DNA of 64,000 bases, taken from positions 620,001 through 684,000 of the forward strand of contig JANHCV010000005.1 in the NCBI GenBank assembly GCA_025594325.1, given 5' to 3'. Of this stretch, positions 58,579-64,000 are shown in pieces. This DNA is from Blastocladiella emersonii ATCC 22665 (taxonomy: Eukaryota > Fungi > Blastocladiomycota). Under the pieces are notes generated by a model. That model worked only from the letters and a program-made list of their open reading frames with translations. It was not told the DNA's origin and made no database searches. The position numbers and the translations under genes were made by a program. How positions within the stretch are numbered: position 1 is the first letter of the stretch; each line of letters starts with the position of its first letter.

Positions 58579-60490
58579 ATGGAGGGCTCTCACGACCAGC
58601 GAGATGTCGAGGGAGCAAATGACGTCTACCTCGACATGGCGCCTCCGCGGGTGCCGTTCAAGTACTGGTCCTTTGTGCGGTCGAGCGCGGCCATCGTGGC
58701 GACATGCACAGCCGTGGCGTTGATCAGCTTCATTGCCGGCGTCTACTCTTCGCCCGAGAACGCGGACCGGTTCGGCGAACCGACGCAGGCGTGGGTGTAC
58801 AACGTCTACGAGGCGCTGACGTGGTCGTGGATCGCGCGGCTGCTGCAGCGGCACTTCTCCATCGACTTCAAGCCCGTGGCCATGGACCGCGGGCTCAACG
58901 CCTCCTTCCTCGCGTTCCACGTGCTCGTGTACGGCGGGCTCGCCGCGGGCCCGTACTTTCCGACCCCCGAGCACTTCAAGCTGTACCGCGACATCCGCTT
59001 CGTGTACATTTCGCTCGTCGCGCTCGTCGTGCTGCGGTTCCGCGTGTTCGCGACCGCGCGCGAGCGGCCGGGGCTGCTCCCGCCGCAGGCACCGCAGCTC
59101 GCCGCGTTCGCGCTCATGTGGCTCGCCTTCTTCGCGTACTGGCTCAGCGACTTTGCCGACGCGCCGATGGCCCGGTGGGCGCTGCTCGGCGGGTGCGGGG
59201 TCACGATGATCGGGTCGTTTGCGACGGCCCTGGTCGCGGCGGGCCGCCGACCGGACCTCGTGCGCCGGTTCGATATCTGCGCCATCCTGTACGGCGGGTA
59301 CCACGTCACGCGCGTCCTCGGCTGCGCCCTGGCGATCGCGCTCGGCACGTCGTGGGGACGGCAGTACCTGCCCTGGATCGTCTTCACGTACCGCAGCCTG
59401 TACTCGGGGACTACGCTGTTCATCTACGACCTCATGATGAGCGCGTTCGGGGTCCCAATACTGTGGGGATCGTTTTGCCTGCGTGTACGCCCGCATGTTC
59501 TTGACTCACGACCCGCCACGCTGACCCTCTCCCCTTCCCGCCTAGCTCGCCGAAGGCCTGAGCACAATGCTCGCGACGCTCAACTTCACGACCAAGGCGG
59601 GCGATTGCGCGCTGTTCATGGTCGGCAACCTGCTGATCACGGCGTTCAAGGACTGCGGGTTCCCGGACGACCTGCGTTTCTTCCTGCGCCACCAGTTCTG
59701 CCTGCTGACGCCGCGCAACGAGACCGACCTCGACGGCGAGAGCTTCCGCAGATCGACCATGTCGCTCTTCACCCGCCCGCTGAGCCGCGCGCACACGGCC
59801 AACGCGTCGAGCCTGCCGATGCTGCCCGCGCGGTCCACTTCTACCTCGACGGCCGCTTCCAAGCCGCGGTCCATCAAGCACACCCTGTCGCGCCGCCTGA
59901 GCACGCTGGGCCGCAAGACGCTGCAGTGGTGGAAACCGTACGGCGTGCGCGAGTACGCTGCGCTGCAGAGCGACACATCGCAGCAGGTAGCGCGGAGCGA
60001 GCAGATGCTGGTCGTCCGCGTCACGTCCGTGGCCACGGCGGCGGCGTGCTACGCGGCGGCGTACGCCATGGGCGTGACGAACCCGACCAAACTCGTCCTG
60101 CACCGCGACCCGACGCTCGTCACGGTGCTCTTCTGCTCGTCGCTCGTCGAGGTCACCTTCTCGCGGCTCCTCGCCGTGCGCGTGCTGCGGTGGAAGCTCG
60201 CAAGGCTGCGCGCGGTGCGCCGGCAGCTGCTCGAGGAGATCGCGGCGCTCGACGCGTCGGTCGTGATCCACGAGCGCGGGACCGCGCACGCGACGCTCAG
60301 GATGGAGACGGGCGAGCGGCTCGATCCGACCACGGAGCTCGGGGCCATGGCCAAGCACCTCGAGCCCGCGGCCGAGCCGCTCGTGCGGATCTGGTCGGCG
60401 AGCTTGCCCGCCAACAAGGATTTCCGCAGCATGGTGGTCCTCGGGATCGTGTTCATTACGTCATTGCAATACGGGCCGTGGTCCGTCTAG
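58579..60490 (+). CDS. Uncharacterised multi-pass membrane protein, paralog A (intron 59485-59545)
   Basis: About 9-10 hydrophobic segments. The splice joins WGSFCLR/LAEGLSTMLATLN, matching WGSFFMRLADTLASTLATLN in the neighbour. Confidence 0.8.
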
Positions 60491-60639
60491 TCAAGTCTAG
60501 AGAGAGAAATAGAAATCACTTTTGGTGTGGGAGACACGGGTCGGCCGCGGATGGCCATGGAGGCGTCGCTTGTGCCCCGCTCGCTCGCTCCTCATGCAAC
60601 TCCACTACGCAATGAACCGCACATGAACTGCCAGGCTAC

Positions 60640-62427
60640 ATGTGGCAATCGACGCTCATCATGCTGGGCACGGCGGGCCTCGCGGCCGTGCTCGCGTTCG
60701 GCATCGGGATGGTCATGGACCCGCACACGCCCGAGTTTGCGGACCACGACAAGCAGCGCGTCCACTTTGTCTATGGCTGGGCGACCTGGGTGTTCATCGG
60801 CGTCCTCTTCGTCCTGCACTTCAGCGTCGAGTTTGGCGCCGCGATCCGGACCCGCGCGATGCGCGGGATGCTCGCCGTGTACTTTGTCGGCATGACGATT
60901 GGCTTCCTGTGCGTGATCGCGGCGGGCAACGCGTCGCTCGCGTGGTACTTTTACATTGCGCGGTACGGGTACCACTCGCTGGTGCTGGTGCTCGGGCTCA
61001 GGCTGTGCGTCGACCGCGTCGAGCGCAAGTCGCCGGGCCTGCTGCCCCCGCAGCTCCCGGACAAGTATATGTTCCCCATCATGTACCTGTCGTTCGTCGT
61101 GTCGTGGGCGAGCACACTCAACCTGCCGTCGCTGATCAACTCGCTGATCCTGGTCGTCACGGTACTGTCGGGCGTCGCGAGCTTCACTTTGGCGTTCATG
61201 CGGATCCGGCGCGACCCGGCGCTCGCGCGGCAGTTCGACTGGGCGGTCCTCTTCTACGGCGGGTACCACATGACGCGGGTGCTCGCGCGGCTCCTCCCGC
61301 TGCTGCTGGGGACGAGCTTCGGGTCGCAGTTCCCCGTCGTCGTCGTGTTCGCGTTCCGCGGCCTGTTCACCGTGTTCACGCTGTTCATCGACGACCTGCT
61401 GATCGGCGCGTACGGGAAGCCGCTGCTGTGGGGCTCCTTCTTCATGCGGCTCGCCGACACGCTGGCGTCGACGCTGGCCACGCTCAACTCGACCACGTCG
61501 TGGACGGACCTCGCCGTGTTCGCCGGCGGGAACCTCGTGCTCACGCTCGTCAAGGACGTTGGATTTCTCGACGACCTGTCGCTGCTCCACGAGCGCGGGT
61601 TCTCGCTTGTCATCAACCCGCCGAGCGTCGCCGCGGTCCCACGGCCGTCGCTTAAACGCGACACGGCGGTCTCGTCGCCCGTCGAGTCGGCCAAGTCCAG
61701 CACCTCGCTCCTCCTCCCGCGGCCCAAGAAACCCCGCGCCGTCGCGCTCGAGCGGTCGACGCTGCGCGCGCTCGCGATCCATTTGGCGCTGCAGATCGAG
61801 CGGTCCGAGCAGACCCTGATCGCGCGGATCGTCGCCACGGTCGCCGCCGTCATCTGCTACGCGACAGCCGTCGCAACGCGACGCACGTGCGGCGTCCGCT
61901 TGACGCTATACCCAGGAGCAGAGGTGATCGGGACCGCGGTCCTCGCCATCATCGTCGCCGAAATGGTCACGACCCGCGCGGCCGCGGTCGCCGCGTTCCG
62001 GTGGAAGATCCAGCGCGTCGAGCGCATGCGCACCGAGCTCCGGATGCACCGGCGCGCGACGGCGGTTGCTGAATCGGGTGGCGGCGCGGAGGGAGTGCCG
62101 GCGGCAGCGGCCCTGCCGCCCATCGCGCACACGGGCCGGCGCGGGTCGCTCATGGCGCACGCGTTCAGCATGAAGCTGGTCAAGACGGAGCTCAAGGACG
62201 CGACGCAAGGCGCGTCGCTCGCGAGCGTTCACACGGCCTCGGCCCTGGGCGAGGACGCGGCTGCGCCGCCATCGGCGGGTCCCGGCGCGACCGAGCGGCC
62301 CAACGGATGGCGCGCGGTGCAGGTCGGCACGACGCGGCTCCCGACCGACCGCGTGTTCCGGTGGCTCACGCTCGCCAGCGCCGTGTTCGTGTCGGCGTCC
62401 ATATTCGGGCCGCCGACCACGCAATAG
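60640..62427 (+). CDS. Uncharacterised multi-pass membrane protein, paralog B (intronless)
   Basis: 595-aa ORF with many TM segments; shares PGLLPPQ, YGGYH.TRVL, P.LWGSF, GNL.....KD.GF.DD and RSEQ with paralog A. Confidence 0.82.
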   Translation: MWQSTLIMLGTAGLAAVLAFGIGMVMDPHTPEFADHDKQRVHFVYGWATWVFIGVLFVLHFSVEFGAAIRTRAMRGMLAVYFVGMTIGFLCVIAAGNASLAWYFYIARYGYHSLVLVLGLRLCVDRVERKSPGLLPPQLPDKYMFPIMYLSFVVSWASTLNLPSLINSLILVVTVLSGVASFTLAFMRIRRDPALARQFDWAVLFYGGYHMTRVLARLLPLLLGTSFGSQFPVVVVFAFRGLFTVFTLFIDDLLIGAYGKPLLWGSFFMRLADTLASTLATLNSTTSWTDLAVFAGGNLVLTLVKDVGFLDDLSLLHERGFSLVINPPSVAAVPRPSLKRDTAVSSPVESAKSSTSLLLPRPKKPRAVALERSTLRALAIHLALQIERSEQTLIARIVATVAAVICYATAVATRRTCGVRLTLYPGAEVIGTAVLAIIVAEMVTTRAAAVAAFRWKIQRVERMRTELRMHRRATAVAESGGGAEGVPAAAALPPIAHTGRRGSLMAHAFSMKLVKTELKDATQGASLASVHTASALGEDAAAPPSAGPGATERPNGWRAVQVGTTRLPTDRVFRWLTLASAVFVSASIFGPPTTQ

Positions 62428-62913
62428 AACTAGAACAACACGTTTTTGTGCGCGCGCTGCGAGAGGTGCGATGCGACGCGACGCCAAGGAATTCACGCGC
62501 GCGCGCGTCACGTGCGGGTAGGTGTCGCGTGGTCAACGCGTTGCGCCAGAGCGGGCGAGTGATTCACACAGGTGCGGCTCCATTTCGGACCCGCGAACGA
62601 GAACGTGTCCGTCTGGGGCCGCGAGGCCGGTTCGAGTCACGCCGCGGGGCCGGCCGCGGCCGTGGGAGCCGGGATGCTGACGCATTCGTGACTGCGGTGC
62701 GCGCTTATATGAAGGGGCGCGGTCCCTGCTGTCACAAGTGGAGTGGACCCGTGCGTGTGTCCGCAACGCGTCGCGACGCGTCTCCAGTGTCTCACGCGCA
62801 CGTTTCCGCTTCCATCGGCCCTCGATACCCTCACCCTTGCCCTCGCTCTGGAAGATACCCACCCACCCTCGCACACTTGCTCTGAATTGCTCTACCACAC
62901 CGACGACACGACC

Positions 62914-63925
62914 ATGGGCATCGTGAAACGCTCGCTCGACAGATACCCCGACCTAGACGCTGCGGCTGCTGCTGCGCCACCACCCTCCTCGCGCGCGCTC
63001 TTCAGGCGCGCTGCAGCACAGGATCCGCCGTCGCTCCCGTGGGGCGGGATCGCGATCGGCATCGGCGCGCTGCTCGCCATCATCGTCGGGTGCTGCGTGC
63101 TCGGCCGGATCCGGCGGCGCGGGCGCAAGAGTGCGTTGTCTTCACCACGACTTGCTCGACTCGTGTTCTGATGGGACATTGTGGTGAGTAGACCAGGAAG
63201 CCGCCGAAGCCGCAAAAGCGCTCGCCGAAGCCCAGGCTGCGACCGCGGCGGCCGAGTCGGCGGCCGCCCAGCGCACCGCGGCCGTCGGGTCCAACGACTA
63301 CCTGCTGGGCCCCGGCCCCGGGTCCGCGCTCGGGTACAAACCGTCGCCCATGACGCGGTCGCACGAGTCGGTCCACCACTACCACCACCACCACACGGGC
63401 TCATCTTCATCGTCCGCCCCCGCCGCCACGAAACCTTCGCCTCTCCCGTCGACCGTGGTCCCGATGCCCATGCCGCCGCCGCCGCTCCCGCTCCCGCTGC
63501 AGACCACGGGCTACCTCCCGCCCGCGCTCCCTCCCTCGGCGCCCGCGTCGCCCGCCGTAACAACACGCCCGCCGCTCCCCGCCATGGCCGTCCCCGGCGA
63601 ACCCTGGACCGCGCTGTGGGACTACGCGCCGCAGGCCGCCGACGAGCTCGCGGTGCGCCGCGGCGACACGGTCGTGGTGCTCGAGGCGTTTGACGACGCG
63701 TGGGCGCGGTGCCGCCACGCGGCCACGGGGAACATCGGGTTCATCCCGCTCACGCTCATGGCGCGCGGCGGCGCGGGCGGCGGCGCGGGTGGTGCGATGC
63801 CGCAGGCCCCACGGCAGCAGCACGGGCCCGTTGGCGCGTACGGGAACATGTACCAGCACCAGAGGCCTGCGGGACCCGTGCCGAGTGTTGGCGCGCGGTT
63901 CGGGTCGATGCCGCGGCGCGCTTGA
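62914..63925 (+). CDS. Single-pass membrane protein with C-terminal SH3 domain (Fus1-like architecture), one intron
   Basis: TM WGGIAIGIGALLAIIVGCCVLG + RIRRR; intron ~63131-63190; SH3 ALWDYAPQAADELAVRRGDTVVVLEAFDDAWARC...GFIP. Confidence 0.85.
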
Positions 63926-64000
63926 GGTGAGGATGAAGGGTAAATGGATGAAGAAGAGAGGAATACATTGGACTGGCTCGCTCGACTGCATGTGCGATGG

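Overview
Eukaryotic, very GC-rich fungal genomic DNA with short (~60-nt) GT-AG introns. The Zn2Cys6-PAS, Zap1-like, Tbf1-like and Pma1 genes mark it as fungal. An early-diverging, Blastocladiomycota-like lineage is my inference and is not demonstrated. Two gene-dense arms flank a ~14-kb degenerate accessory island (~17.5-31.5 kb). The left arm holds Mtr10/TNPO3, an Ert1/AcuK-type TF, SEC21, a CDK, TMEM62-like, EI24, Med17-like and a subtilisin. The right arm holds UBP6, an SDR, PMA1, a PP2C, thymidylate synthase, a Tbf1-like Myb, a Zap1-like TF, an EDEM mannosidase, tandem multi-TM paralogs and an SH3 membrane protein. The main find is inside the island: a Fanzor-type (eukaryotic TnpB-like) RuvC nuclease ORF with all three catalytic acidic residues and a Zn finger. 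It is followed by a ~200-nt noncoding tract with several hairpins (candidate omega-RNA). It is fused in frame to an uncharacterised Cys/His-motif domain ('family X'), and a diverged, 5'-truncated paralog of X starts right where the candidate RNA ends. Removing a 329-bp MITE (AAT target duplication) and one 1-nt frameshift reconstructs a ~957-aa X-Fanzor fusion ORF. The island also has a 2.5-kb TIR-bounded element with TGGATCCA arrays and a Q/A-rich repeat pseudogene. An LRR pseudogene lies just left of the subtilisin. All assignments come from reading motifs by eye; no database search was run.
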